Origin: a candidate division WOR-3 bacterium
GTDB taxonomy: Bacteria; Hydrothermota; Tepidihabitantia; B3-TA06
Length of the DNA stretch: 28,629 nt
Direction: 5' to 3'
Assembly: GCA_965649265.1 (NCBI GenBank)
Contig: CBFGKC010000021.1
Span: forward strand, 1-28,629
Shown: positions 11,858 through 20,845 of the stretch, piece after piece
Position numbering within the stretch: position 1 is the stretch's first letter
Layout of the letters: the number at the start of each line of letters is the position of its first letter
The notes under the pieces: generated by a model
Seen by the model: only the letters and a program-made list of their open reading frames with translations
Database searches by the model: none
Told to the model about the DNA's origin: nothing
Made by a program: the position numbers and the translations under genes

Positions 11858-12186
11858 TCAAAGCCCTCCTCTCCCTCCTCACCACGCTCACCCCCTCCCC
11901 CTTTCACTCCACTCCCTCCGGGAGTTCCCGGGAATTTTACTCCGGATTCTTCCGGCCTTGTGTTCTCATTCCAGGTGAAACGTACAAGGATGCCGAATGT
12001 GAGAGCAATGAGAAGGACTAAGCCTACTTCGGCCCATAACCACATGGGAACCCCGAAGAGAAGATCCGGTTTCTTTCCCCAGTTGTAAAAGTCCAAGCTC
12101 AGGGCAATCAGGAAGAGCCATGCGACAATCCACAGTATGATTTTCGTCCGCGCTCCCGGTATTAACTTTGAATCTTTTGAACTCAT
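11854..12186 (-). CDS. small membrane partner of the SSS transporter (DUF3311/DUF997-like) with a Gly/Glu low-complexity tail
   Basis: DFYNWG..P.LLFGVPMWLW, two TM helices, SD CAGGAG; typical position directly upstream of an SSS gene. Confidence 0.75.
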   Translation of the reverse strand: MSSKDSKLIPGARTKIILWIVAWLFLIALSLDFYNWGKKPDLLFGVPMWLWAEVGLVLLIALTFGILVRFTWNENTRPEESGVKFPGTPGGSGVKGGGGERGEEGEEGFE

Positions 12187-12369
12187 GTTCACTCCTGAAA
12201 TGTTGCATTACACTGCGAGTCGTTGACTGCGGGTATAACATCTTTTGAGCTATACCTCTCAACAATACTGCTTTTAAAATCTCCCGAGATCGTCCGGGGA
12301 GGTGTGTTACGGGGTGTTTTTCCTGGATTGCCCGGCTGGAAAAACTAAACAATGCCGGATAGATGCAGG

Positions 12370-12397
12370 ACTTTACTGATGAATATTATTTTGTCAA
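12370..12397 (-). promoter_or_regulatory. sigma70-type promoter giving a ~175-nt structured leader
   Basis: TTGACA-16 bp-TAAAGT. Confidence 0.6.
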
Positions 12398-12459
12398 CAG
12401 AGGAGAATAGTGTTCAATTATAAGGATATTTAGAAATCAATTTTTAGGAAATGTAGGAG

Positions 12460-13122
12460 CTATCGTGAATTGTCTGGCCGGCAAGCTTTTACACATATTC
12501 CACATATGTGCTGGCCGGCAACGTGCTTGCGAACGAAGGTATCAAGCTGACTGTAACAGCGCTCGTGGTCGAAAAGCTCAGGGTCTTCTGCTATAGCCGA
12601 TGCAGGACAAACCTCTATGCAGGCACGACAGGTTCCACAGTCTTTGATAAGCCGCGTTCCAGGTTCAAGCGGTGCGTCGGTAAGCACGGACACGAGCCTT
12701 ACCTGAGAACCGAACTCGGGAGTTACCAGAAGGTTCGAGCGACCAATCCATCCGAGCCCGGCTTCAACTGCCGCATGTTTGTGCGAGAACATGCCACGCT
12801 GCTTCTCCCAGTCGACCAGTTGTGAGGCAGGAACTGGATAGGCCGAAAACCCTTTCTTCTCCAGATATCTGTAGACCTTCAATGCAAGCTGGTCCAGAGC
12901 CATATTCACCATCCTGTAATGATGATAGTAGGTCTTGGTCGGATGATCGGCGATCTCTTCAAGCACGGCTGAGGAAAGTTTTAACGCCGCAATTACTGAA
13001 TATTTGTACTTCTTTTCTTGCACGAGATTCCTCTCTGGAGACAGGAAAGAAATATCTGCGACACCGACAAGGTCTGCTCCTTCCTTGATAGTGAACGCAA
13101 TGAGATCAGAAGTCATTTTCAT
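12460..13122 (-). CDS. QueG-like (epoxyqueuosine reductase family) 2x[4Fe-4S] protein
   Basis: [58 protein letters not shown] and C..CGICVKAC; true QueG activity uncertain. Confidence 0.8.
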   Translation of the reverse strand: MKMTSDLIAFTIKEGADLVGVADISFLSPERNLVQEKKYKYSVIAALKLSSAVLEEIADHPTKTYYHHYRMVNMALDQLALKVYRYLEKKGFSAYPVPASQLVDWEKQRGMFSHKHAAVEAGLGWIGRSNLLVTPEFGSQVRLVSVLTDAPLEPGTRLIKDCGTCRACIEVCPASAIAEDPELFDHERCYSQLDTFVRKHVAGQHICGICVKACRPDNSR

Positions 13123-14986
13123 TTTCTTCTTGAGGGGTCGCTGCCTTCAGATGCCTGTAAAGCGCGAGAAGCGCTACAGGAGTAACACCGGAGATGCGTG
13201 ACGCCTGTCCCAGGGTTGTCGGCTTGATAAGATTGAACTTTTCAATGACTTCGTTTGAAAGACCCGGTACGACGGAGAAATCCAGGGTGTCAGGAATCGT
13301 AACTTTTTCGATGCGTTTAAAACGCTTGGCTTCATCGAGAGCCCTGTCAACATATCCCTTGTATTTTATTTCTATCTCAACTCTCTCGCGAACAAAAGGT
13401 GCCAGCTCCGAAAGCCCTTTGTCCAGTTCATCCATGTCGTTTATGTTTAATTGGGGACGCCTGAGAAGGTCTGCTATGCTTAGTTTTTCGGTTGTTGCTT
13501 CAACTCCATGTGATGCAAGGACCTTGTTTGTGCCGGTAATCTCGGGCCTGGTTTTTTCGAGTCTCTGAAGTGTTTCGCTGACCGCGGTTTCCACGGCCTC
13601 GACCTTGCGATAGTCTTTTTCTCGAAGAAGTCCTATGTCTTTGCCTATCTCGGAAAGTCGCACTGCGGCATTATCTTCGCGCAAGAGAAGCCGGTATTCC
13701 ACACGCGAGGTAAACATCCTGTAAGGTTCGTTTGTACCGCGCGTGACAAGGTCATCTATGAGTACGCCTATATACGCCTGATCCCGACGCAGTGTTAATG
13801 GAGATTCTCCTTTTACCCTCAGTGCGGCATTGATTCCAGCAATAAGCCCCTGAGCGGCAGCCTCCTCGTAGCCGGTCGTTCCGTTTATCTGCCCGGCAAG
13901 AAAAAGATCACGGATTTTCTTGGTCTCAAGCCATGCATAGAGCTCGGTAGGTTGAACGTAATCGTGCTCTACGGCATATCCCGGCCTGGTCATTTCAGCG
14001 TGTTCGAGCCCCGGCACGGAACGAACCATCCTGACCTGAACGTCCAGGGGGAGGCTTGTAGAAAGGCCGTTGGGATATATCTCGTGCGTGGAGATTCCCT
14101 CGGGTTCAATGAAAACACGGTGAGAATCCTTGTCCGCAAAGCGAACGACCTTATCTTCAATAGAAGGACAGTATCGAACTCCGGTTCCCTGTATTTGTCC
14201 TGTGTAGAGAGGCGATCGGCTGAGATTTTCCTCGATTATTTTATGCGTCTCCAGGGTAGTACGCGTAAGATAACAAAGAGCCTGGTTTTTTAGTTTTGCC
14301 TTGGTGAAAAAGCTAATACCGGGAGGGGGCTCCTCTCCGGGCTGGGGTTCCATTTTTTTGTAGTCAAGCGATCTTGCGTCAAGCCTAGGAGGCGTACCTG
14401 TTTTGAATCTGCCCAGCTCAAAGCCAAGAACCCTGAGGCTCTTAGCGAGAGAGTTCGAAGCATGATCCCCCAGCCTCCCCCCCGGGAAACTCTCTGCGCC
14501 GATGTGAAGCAACCCCGTGAGGAAGGTACCCGGAGCCACAACTACGGCTTTCGCCTTTATCCTTCCCGCCGCCCTCGTTTCGACACCCGCAACTCTTTCA
14601 TTTTCTACTAGCAAAGCTTCTACTTCGTCCTGCCAGAGGGACAGGTTCGATGTCTCCTCTAACACTCGCTTCGAGAAATCACGATACATGGCCTTGTCGC
14701 ATTGAATACGTGTGGATTGAACGGCAGGACCCTTGCTTTGATTCAATCTGCGAAAATGTATCCCGCACCGGTCGGCCAGGCGCCCTTGCAGGCCTCCAAG
14801 CGCGTCAAGTTCCCTGACAAGCTGGCTTTTCCCGAGGCCGCCGATCGCCGGGTTGCACGACATCTGACCGATGGTTTCCAAGTTCAAAGCGACAAGAAGG
14901 GTACGGCACCCCATACGGGCTGACGCATACGATGCCTCAATTCCCGCATGGCCTGCGCCTATGACAATGACGTCATAAGAAGTCAT
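13106..14986 (-). CDS. mnmG: tRNA U34 carboxymethylaminomethyl modification enzyme MnmG (GidA)
   Basis: [67 protein letters not shown]. Confidence 0.98.
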   Translation of the reverse strand: MTSYDVIVIGAGHAGIEASYASARMGCRTLLVALNLETIGQMSCNPAIGGLGKSQLVRELDALGGLQGRLADRCGIHFRRLNQSKGPAVQSTRIQCDKAMYRDFSKRVLEETSNLSLWQDEVEALLVENERVAGVETRAAGRIKAKAVVVAPGTFLTGLLHIGAESFPGGRLGDHASNSLAKSLRVLGFELGRFKTGTPPRLDARSLDYKKMEPQPGEEPPPGISFFTKAKLKNQALCYLTRTTLETHKIIEENLSRSPLYTGQIQGTGVRYCPSIEDKVVRFADKDSHRVFIEPEGISTHEIYPNGLSTSLPLDVQVRMVRSVPGLEHAEMTRPGYAVEHDYVQPTELYAWLETKKIRDLFLAGQINGTTGYEEAAAQGLIAGINAALRVKGESPLTLRRDQAYIGVLIDDLVTRGTNEPYRMFTSRVEYRLLLREDNAAVRLSEIGKDIGLLREKDYRKVEAVETAVSETLQRLEKTRPEITGTNKVLASHGVEATTEKLSIADLLRRPQLNINDMDELDKGLSELAPFVRERVEIEIKYKGYVDRALDEAKRFKRIEKVTIPDTLDFSVVPGLSNEVIEKFNLIKPTTLGQASRISGVTPVALLALYRHLKAATPQEENENDF

Positions 14987-17388
14987 CAGAAAAGACCCTG
15001 CACAAGAAGATATATCATTACTCCTGCTAGAACCAGAAAGAGAAGGGCCGTGAGGATTTTAGTGAGACCGGCACGTCGTGTAAGGAAGGTCTGCAGGTGC
15101 TTCTCGGTCATTCCGAATCTGACAAGTATGAAAACTATCACAAGAGGAACAATGAAGGCGACGTTATACAGAATCAGATACAAAAAGGCCTTGCTTTTCA
15201 ACTCGGCTACCTGGGCGACATACACCAGTGTCGGCAGGTAAACCTGGCCGGTACACACAAGTTCGAAAAGGGAAACAAAGAATCCTGTCACAACCGCGCC
15301 GACGACGAATCCGCCCAATGTGGTTTTTGACCTTATCATCTTGTTCATCCGTTTACGAATCCTGTCCGGCATCTTCAATGCCATTCGTTCGCCCTCACCC
15401 CGTTTCAGAAGCAGGTAATCTCTAAAAGAAAGAATAGCAAGAACAAGGAGGAACAAAACGGTTGCACCGAAAATTACCCTCGAAACCCAGCGAAGAACTG
15501 TAAGAAGCGCAAGAATCTGATAGGCCAGTAGTCCTAGAATGAGGTAGGTAAGAAAAACAGACAGGATGAACGGTATAGCCACCCACAACACCTTGCGCCG
15601 CTCGACGCCCAGGACTGACAGATAGGTGATAAAGAATATGAGTGTCGCAAAGGCGCAAGGGTTGATGCCGTCTATGAGACCAGCCCCCAGTATGGGAAGA
15701 ATGCTGAACCCCTCAAATTGCCTAATAATTTGTTCCTTGCCCCTGCTGCGCAGTGAATCAATCTTTTCCCACGGGATCGACTTACCGCGCTGAGACTCTA
15801 CGAGATTCTTGAGCGAGACGAGGGACACATCATCCCTGACAAGATAACCACTGCCTACAAAGATAGCCGGAGTGAGAAGTCGCTCTTCTTTTTTTAGAGA
15901 ATACGCTTCTGCGAAAGCGGCCAGAAGCGTTTTGGAAGCTGTGTCCTCAACGCTGTAGATTTTTACCGAGAGAGTCGAATCTTCGGAAGCAATGGCACGT
16001 AAAAGAGAACGGGCCCTGTCGCACTCCTTACAGCCGAAGGTAGAAAAAAAGACTAGCTCCTGACCGCCGCTTTTAGTCAGGGAGGTGTCGACAGGAACGG
16101 TACTGGTGTCGACATTAAGAACAAGAGACCGACCCGCGTATAAGGATGAATCCTTGCTCGAGTATTTGGGTCGGATGGAAAGAAGAAGTTTCTCAAGGCT
16201 TGCCGTCACCTCTTCCTCGCCGCTGAGAACCATGCCCTCAAAAAAAAGAACGGGGATATCGTTATCGCGATCGTTGGCAGCGGCTTCCATCTTTTCAAGT
16301 AAAGCATACTCGTTGGATTCGTTAATGTCATGAAGCTTGACCGAAAAAAGACCGGGATGTTTTTTTATGAGTTGTGGTAGAAAAACCTTAATCGTTCTCA
16401 TGCAGTGAGGGCAATCGGGCGCATAAAAGAGATCTATGAGCACGGGAGAATGTTTTGAAGAAGAAATCGTTTGCGTGTCATGCGGAATTAACGTCGAGTC
16501 CAGCTCAACGCTGTCTTCCTCAAGATATGGTGCAATCATTCTCTGGATTGAAGGCTCTTCCGGATAATCGGTTGTCAGCGCCTTCACCTCGTTGGTCTCA
16601 AGCGAGAGAGATGGGGGAACGGCGACTCGACTGAAGCGGGCAATCCCGAAGTGCTTAGCATCCGCGCCTGCACCGAGGATATAGGCATTGCCAGATTTCT
16701 CAGGCGAAGGAAGGTTTGCCGGCGTGTGTCCGGAGATGATGATGTCGAGTTCCGGGAACTCCTTTGCTATTTCTCTTTCCTCATCAATTCCGAGGTGTGA
16801 GAGAAGAACTATAACGTCACCCTTGCTTTTGAGCATAGGCATTGCCGCGCGAAGTTCGGCTGCGGGATCGGTGGCCTTCACCCCCCCGAGTTTTGATGCA
16901 TCGTAGAAAAGGAATGCGCCCTTGTTGATGAGAGACGTGATGACAATCTTCAAGCCTCCGCGCTCCTTTACGACATACGGCTGGACGAGCCGTTCGCCGT
17001 TCCGGTAGACATTGAGGGAAATAAAGGGCAGCCTGTTTTTCATCCTTTTCTCGAAGAAATCGTACCCGTCAACGAATTCCTGGTCGCCGAGGGCCACGGC
17101 ATCGAGCGGTATCCTGGAATAGGCCTCGACGAATACCGAATCCTTCAACCTTGACGGGAAAGGCGCAAGCAGATCGCCCGCATCGAGTACGAGGATGGAT
17201 GGGTCCGTGCTTTTAGCCGAATTGACAGCACTTGATCTTCGTGGAAGTCCGCCGTACGGATCGTCCGGGCAGCGACACCAGGTTATGGTACCGTTCGGTG
17301 AGGCGATGTAAAAGATGTTGAACTCCTGGGATTGGAGGACCGACACCGCAACAGTCACGAGGAGAATCCCCACTAATTTTCTCAACAT
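14986..17388 (-). CDS. exported multidomain protein: UshA-like metallophosphoesterase (CxC) + two thioredoxin folds + CcdA/DsbD-type TM domain
   Basis: Signal peptide; [28 protein letters not shown]; FYAPDCPHC; FSTFGCKEC; [11 protein letters not shown] and ELVCTGQVY in a multi-TM C-terminus; TGATG overlap with mnmG. Confidence 0.8.
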   Translation of the reverse strand: MLRKLVGILLVTVAVSVLQSQEFNIFYIASPNGTITWCRCPDDPYGGLPRRSSAVNSAKSTDPSILVLDAGDLLAPFPSRLKDSVFVEAYSRIPLDAVALGDQEFVDGYDFFEKRMKNRLPFISLNVYRNGERLVQPYVVKERGGLKIVITSLINKGAFLFYDASKLGGVKATDPAAELRAAMPMLKSKGDVIVLLSHLGIDEEREIAKEFPELDIIISGHTPANLPSPEKSGNAYILGAGADAKHFGIARFSRVAVPPSLSLETNEVKALTTDYPEEPSIQRMIAPYLEEDSVELDSTLIPHDTQTISSSKHSPVLIDLFYAPDCPHCMRTIKVFLPQLIKKHPGLFSVKLHDINESNEYALLEKMEAAANDRDNDIPVLFFEGMVLSGEEEVTASLEKLLLSIRPKYSSKDSSLYAGRSLVLNVDTSTVPVDTSLTKSGGQELVFFSTFGCKECDRARSLLRAIASEDSTLSVKIYSVEDTASKTLLAAFAEAYSLKKEERLLTPAIFVGSGYLVRDDVSLVSLKNLVESQRGKSIPWEKIDSLRSRGKEQIIRQFEGFSILPILGAGLIDGINPCAFATLIFFITYLSVLGVERRKVLWVAIPFILSVFLTYLILGLLAYQILALLTVLRWVSRVIFGATVLFLLVLAILSFRDYLLLKRGEGERMALKMPDRIRKRMNKMIRSKTTLGGFVVGAVVTGFFVSLFELVCTGQVYLPTLVYVAQVAELKSKAFLYLILYNVAFIVPLVIVFILVRFGMTEKHLQTFLTRRAGLTKILTALLFLVLAGVMIYLLVQGLF

Positions 17389-17397
17389 ATGGGTTTG

Positions 17398-17425
17398 ACT
17401 ATAATTAAGAATGGAGCGCTGTCAA
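17398..17425 (-). promoter_or_regulatory. sigma70-type promoter, near-leaderless
   Basis: TTGACA-16 bp-TATAGT, ATG 9 nt after the -10 box, no SD. Confidence 0.75.
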
Positions 17426-17429
17426 GGTC

Positions 17430-17457
17430 TTTACAACGGCTCCTGGATGCGTAAAAT
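17430..17457 (+). promoter_or_regulatory. sigma70-type promoter, leaderless, back-to-back with the previous one
   Basis: TTTACA-16 bp-TAAAAT, ATG 6 nt after the -10 box. Confidence 0.75.
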
Positions 17458-17463
17458 TCGACC

Positions 17464-17880
17464 ATGAAAGAGTTCTCGGACGGTCACGGTTTTCTTTTGA
17501 GATTCGACCGGGGAGAAGAGTTTGTGACCCTTCTTATCGACTGGGCACGAAAGGCAAAGCTCGATGGAGCCTTTCTTTCCGGTCTTGGAGCGGTAGAGAG
17601 GCCGAAGCTCGGATACTACGACGCTCATAAGAAGGGTTACCTGGAACAAGAGTTCGAAGGCGAATACGAGATAGCTTCACTTACAGGCAATCTCGGCTGG
17701 GATGGCAAGGAACCGCTCGCGCACATACACGCAGTCATCTCGGGACCTAACTTCATCGCTTTCGGCGGCCACCTCTACTCGGCGGTCGTATCAGGGACTC
17801 TCGAGATCAACGTGATTGCGTTCGAAAAAAAACTAGCAAGGCAGTACAACGAAGAGCTTAAACTCAAGCTCCTTGATTGA
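17464..17880 (+). CDS. PPC/DUF296 (AF0104-like) protein
   Basis: LRFDRGEE, GLGAV, EIASLTGN, HIHAVIS..FGGHL..TLE. Confidence 0.9.
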   Translation: MKEFSDGHGFLLRFDRGEEFVTLLIDWARKAKLDGAFLSGLGAVERPKLGYYDAHKKGYLEQEFEGEYEIASLTGNLGWDGKEPLAHIHAVISGPNFIAFGGHLYSAVVSGTLEINVIAFEKKLARQYNEELKLKLLD

Positions 17881-17885
17881 TACAG

Positions 17886-17957
17886 GGGCCCGTAGCTCAA
17901 TGGCAGAGCAGCTGACTCATAATCAGTTGGTTGTAGGTTCGAATCCTTCCGGGCCCA
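17886..17957 (+). tRNA. tRNA-Ile2 (anticodon CAU, lysidine type); CCA not encoded
   Basis: Cloverleaf with GGGCCCG/CGGGCCC acceptor stem, GCTC/GAGC D-stem, GCTGA-CTCATAA-TCAGT anticodon arm, GGTTCGAATCC; pattern fits Ile2 better than Met or fMet. Confidence 0.9.
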
Positions 17958-17969
17958 TTTTTGTTTGAT

Positions 17970-18530
17970 ATGGCGGAACGCAAAAAATCACAAACCAAAA
18001 AAGATCAGGTGAGAAGGGCGTCCACAACTAAAGCGGCCGCCTCCTCGACCACTGAAGGGAAACAAAAGCCCCCCTCCCCCCGATTAAAAAACAAGATCCC
18101 TCAGGAAGTCGGCTGGAAGATTTTTCTTGCCTCAGAGAGACCGTGGCGTACCGTGATCGCTCTCGTCATTATTGCCGGCACGATTTTCGTTTTCGGCTTC
18201 TGGGTCGCTTTCTGGGCCGCGATAGTGGCCTTTCTCGTTTTTTTCGCGATGCTGAATTCATATTTCATCCCGATCAACTATCAGCTGACCGCGGATAAGG
18301 TCATAATAAAAAAGTTCTACTACACGGACAGGCGTGACTGGAAAATGTTTAGAAGGTTTTTTATTACCCCGACAGGTGTGGTTCTTTCAACGTTTGCGGA
18401 ACGCAAGCGATTCCTGGATAACTTCAGAGGCGTACAGCTATTCCTTCCTTTTGACAGGGATGAACGGGAAAAAATTCTCGACTTTATAGAGTCAAAGCTA
18501 CCGCTGGACTCCGGTCAGCACCGCCAGTGA
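17970..18530 (+). CDS. hypothetical membrane protein (2 TM plus a small beta domain, YcxB/PH-like)
   Basis: Basic N-terminus, two TM helices, YFIPINYQLT, LDNFRGVQL; alternative TTG start at 17961. Confidence 0.7.
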   Translation: MAERKKSQTKKDQVRRASTTKAAASSTTEGKQKPPSPRLKNKIPQEVGWKIFLASERPWRTVIALVIIAGTIFVFGFWVAFWAAIVAFLVFFAMLNSYFIPINYQLTADKVIIKKFYYTDRRDWKMFRRFFITPTGVVLSTFAERKRFLDNFRGVQLFLPFDRDEREKILDFIESKLPLDSGQHRQ

Positions 18531-19313
18531 CGAAAGCGCCGCTTCGAGCGGCCTTATCTCCATCACAAGATATGCGTCGCTTTCCCTTGCCAGGGTAAGA
18601 TAAGGTTCAAGACTTTGAGTATCAGTAATCGCGAGATGGGCGTCCCAATCCTTGTTATTGTCATGAACGTGGACTACCCTCAAAGCATCCTTTTGCTCCT
18701 CGAAGAACTCGAACTCGTCCTCCGCTATCGTAGGTTGTGCTGCTTTAAGATGGCCGATATCCATTGTGTATGAAAACCCGCCGACCTTGGAAAGTATATC
18801 CCTCACGAATTTCATGTGAAATCCACCTACGTTCTCAATACAAATAGGAGGGCCCTTGCGCAGGAGATTGGATGCGCGTGAAAACCGCATTAAAAGCGTT
18901 GTTTCGTAGTACTCGCGGTAGAGATCCGAAGCCTTTCTCTTCTGACCCGAATACGCGAAATGAGGAGCATCACCAAGATGAAGGGTTAGTGCCCTTGCAC
19001 CCGTATCGTTGGCTTCCTCCTGCATTTTTACAAGCCACGTCAAGTAGCGGCCAAACATCTCATCTTCCACGGCAAAGAAACCCATCCCTTCCGGCAGGTG
19101 AGCGGTCCAGGTTATTCCTTCGCCGGTTACAATCCTGACTATCTCCTTTCGATCACGCGCGGTAGTAAGCTGGGCAAGGAAGTACGGATTGTTGAGGTTT
19201 ATTTCCATGATCTTCACATTACGCAGAGAAAGATAGCTCATCGCTTCGGCAATGCTCGCAAATCCATCAAGCACCTGAACGCCTGAACGATTGGCAAGAT
19301 TATCATTAATCAT
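18498..19313 (-). CDS. sugar-phosphate isomerase/epimerase (AP-endonuclease-2 TIM barrel) family protein
   Basis: AHLP, TLHLG, CIEN, MDIGH, HVHDN..DAHL, VME metal-ligand motifs; 3' end overlaps the convergent gene by 33 nt. Confidence 0.85.
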   Translation of the reverse strand: MINDNLANRSGVQVLDGFASIAEAMSYLSLRNVKIMEINLNNPYFLAQLTTARDRKEIVRIVTGEGITWTAHLPEGMGFFAVEDEMFGRYLTWLVKMQEEANDTGARALTLHLGDAPHFAYSGQKRKASDLYREYYETTLLMRFSRASNLLRKGPPICIENVGGFHMKFVRDILSKVGGFSYTMDIGHLKAAQPTIAEDEFEFFEEQKDALRVVHVHDNNKDWDAHLAITDTQSLEPYLTLARESDAYLVMEIRPLEAALSSLAVLTGVQR

Positions 19314-19347
19314 TCCGGGATTTTATTGAAAATCCCGGATGATTCAA
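19314..19347 (-). promoter_or_regulatory. leaderless promoter overlapped by a perfect 11-bp inverted repeat
   Basis: TTGAAT-16 bp-TAAAAT-6 nt-ATG; inverted repeat TCCGGGATTTT-attg-AAAATCCCGGA at 19314-19339. Confidence 0.65.
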
Positions 19348-19352
19348 GAAGA

Positions 19353-20660
19353 CTATTCTTTTTTTTCAGGGGACTCGCTGCGGAGAAGCCCCTCCACTCT
19401 CGCCAGCTCTCGCCTCTGCCTGGTCAGTATCTCGTCTCTGAAGTCCTCGGGAATACCCTGGTCGCGTTCTATCTGGGCAAGCAAGTTGGAGATACTCGCA
19501 CACCTCTGATCAAGTTCAGCAATCCTTGCCGAGTGTCTGGAATCTGGTTTTGGTCTTTTCCTTCGGATAAATCCCCAAAGGTAGTAAGCGGCAAGAGGCA
19601 GGATTAGCGTCGCGCCTGCCCCTGCGATCCAGAGCCACCACGACCCCGGGAAAAGGAGATAGAGCATACTGAAAAAAAGTCCTGCCACGGCGACGAGAAC
19701 CACCCACGCGGCAAAAAGCCTCTCCTGTCTGAATGACAGTCTCTTGAGTTCCGAAAGAGTCGCCTTGACGGTGTCCTCCTCCCTTATCGAAAAGATATCG
19801 GTAAGTCTTCTGCTCGTCGGATCGAAATCCTCGGAGAGCAAAGCGAACTCTGACGTTTCGGAAAGTCTAGAAGCCAAAAAACGAGGGGACTGGAAGCGTC
19901 TCTCGCGTATTATGAAGTGATTCACACGACGCAGGAACCGGGCGAAATCCTGAGTGTTTCCGGAATGACGAACATCCTCCATGCGCTCAAGCCAGCGGCG
20001 AAGGGAGAGTCTGTGCCACGAGGCGGCTCCCTCGCGATAGACCCAGCGTTCAATCTCTCGTATGGCTTCTTCTTCGTCAACCTTGAGGTAGTATACACCC
20101 TGGTGCATAAAAATATCACCGGACGCGGAAAGCTTTTCTCCCGAATCAGGCAAGAGACCAATCTTGATGATGGCGGTGCCGTGTGTAAATCCGAAATCCA
20201 GTTCACCTGCAATTCTTTCAGGTGTTATGCCGGTCAGAAAGAGAGTGGAATCTGCCGCTTCGGAATGACGAAGTTCTTCGGGGTCGTGTGAGGAGAGCGA
20301 GGCCTCTATGAAACGCGTAAGGGCCTGGGAAAACTCACGCCGGTGCCACAGAAGCCCCTGGTTGATATCGAGAGTGCTCTTCGAAAGATCGAGATCAAGC
20401 CGCACGAACCCTCCGCCGTCCTCAAATAGCCTGACGGTAAGCGTGTACTCTATCTCGTCGGCAAGGCTGCCTTTGTCGAGAATGAAAACGAGCGAACGTC
20501 GGCCCGCAAAACGCTCCCAGCCCGGATTGCCGAGTGAAATTGATAGATGCTGGGAAAGCCTGTAGAGATCTGCCTCCGAACCAAGAGAGAAAACGGCAAG
20601 CTCGACAATGCGCTTTGGTGTGGGAGGCTCCTTCTCCCGAAACATATCTAAAAACCCCAC
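19353..20660 (-). CDS. hypothetical membrane protein (two C-terminal TM helices plus coiled coil)
   Basis: 435-aa ORF, GTG start with SD GGAGG; no family recognised. Confidence 0.75.
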   Translation of the reverse strand: MGFLDMFREKEPPTPKRIVELAVFSLGSEADLYRLSQHLSISLGNPGWERFAGRRSLVFILDKGSLADEIEYTLTVRLFEDGGGFVRLDLDLSKSTLDINQGLLWHRREFSQALTRFIEASLSSHDPEELRHSEAADSTLFLTGITPERIAGELDFGFTHGTAIIKIGLLPDSGEKLSASGDIFMHQGVYYLKVDEEEAIREIERWVYREGAASWHRLSLRRWLERMEDVRHSGNTQDFARFLRRVNHFIIRERRFQSPRFLASRLSETSEFALLSEDFDPTSRRLTDIFSIREEDTVKATLSELKRLSFRQERLFAAWVVLVAVAGLFFSMLYLLFPGSWWLWIAGAGATLILPLAAYYLWGFIRRKRPKPDSRHSARIAELDQRCASISNLLAQIERDQGIPEDFRDEILTRQRRELARVEGLLRSESPEKKE

Positions 20661-20694
20661 GGAATTCCTCCCACAAAACCATTGATCATACCGT

Positions 20695-20722
20695 AGGATA
20701 GCGACTTATAGGAAATTGTCAA
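20695..20722 (-). promoter_or_regulatory. sigma70-type promoter
   Basis: TTGACA-16 bp-TATCCT. Confidence 0.7.
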
Positions 20723-20811
20723 GTCATGAATGCAGGTTTGCTTTTATCTTAAAAACCAAAAAATGTGAGGAGGGTTGGAGAAGTCGGAAGGGGGCTGAGG
20801 AGGGCTGGTTG

Positions 20812-20839
20812 TTGACAACATGACCTTTGTGAGTTTAAT
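20812..20839 (+). promoter_or_regulatory. sigma70-type promoter, leaderless start of the resB-like gene
   Basis: TTGACA-16 bp-TTTAAT (imperfect -10), GTG 6 nt later, no SD. Confidence 0.55.
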
Positions 20840-20845
20840 TAGTCC

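Noticed and set aside
17250-17290. Selenocysteine recoding at the CxC motif of the UshA-like domain
   Set aside because: Both codons are Cys (TGT, TGC) and the ORF is uninterrupted
17886-17957. tRNA as an integration site, or as tRNA-Met/fMet
   Set aside because: No integrase or duplicated 3' end seen; no C1:A72 mismatch or GGG/CCC anticodon stem of fMet; the pattern fits Ile2
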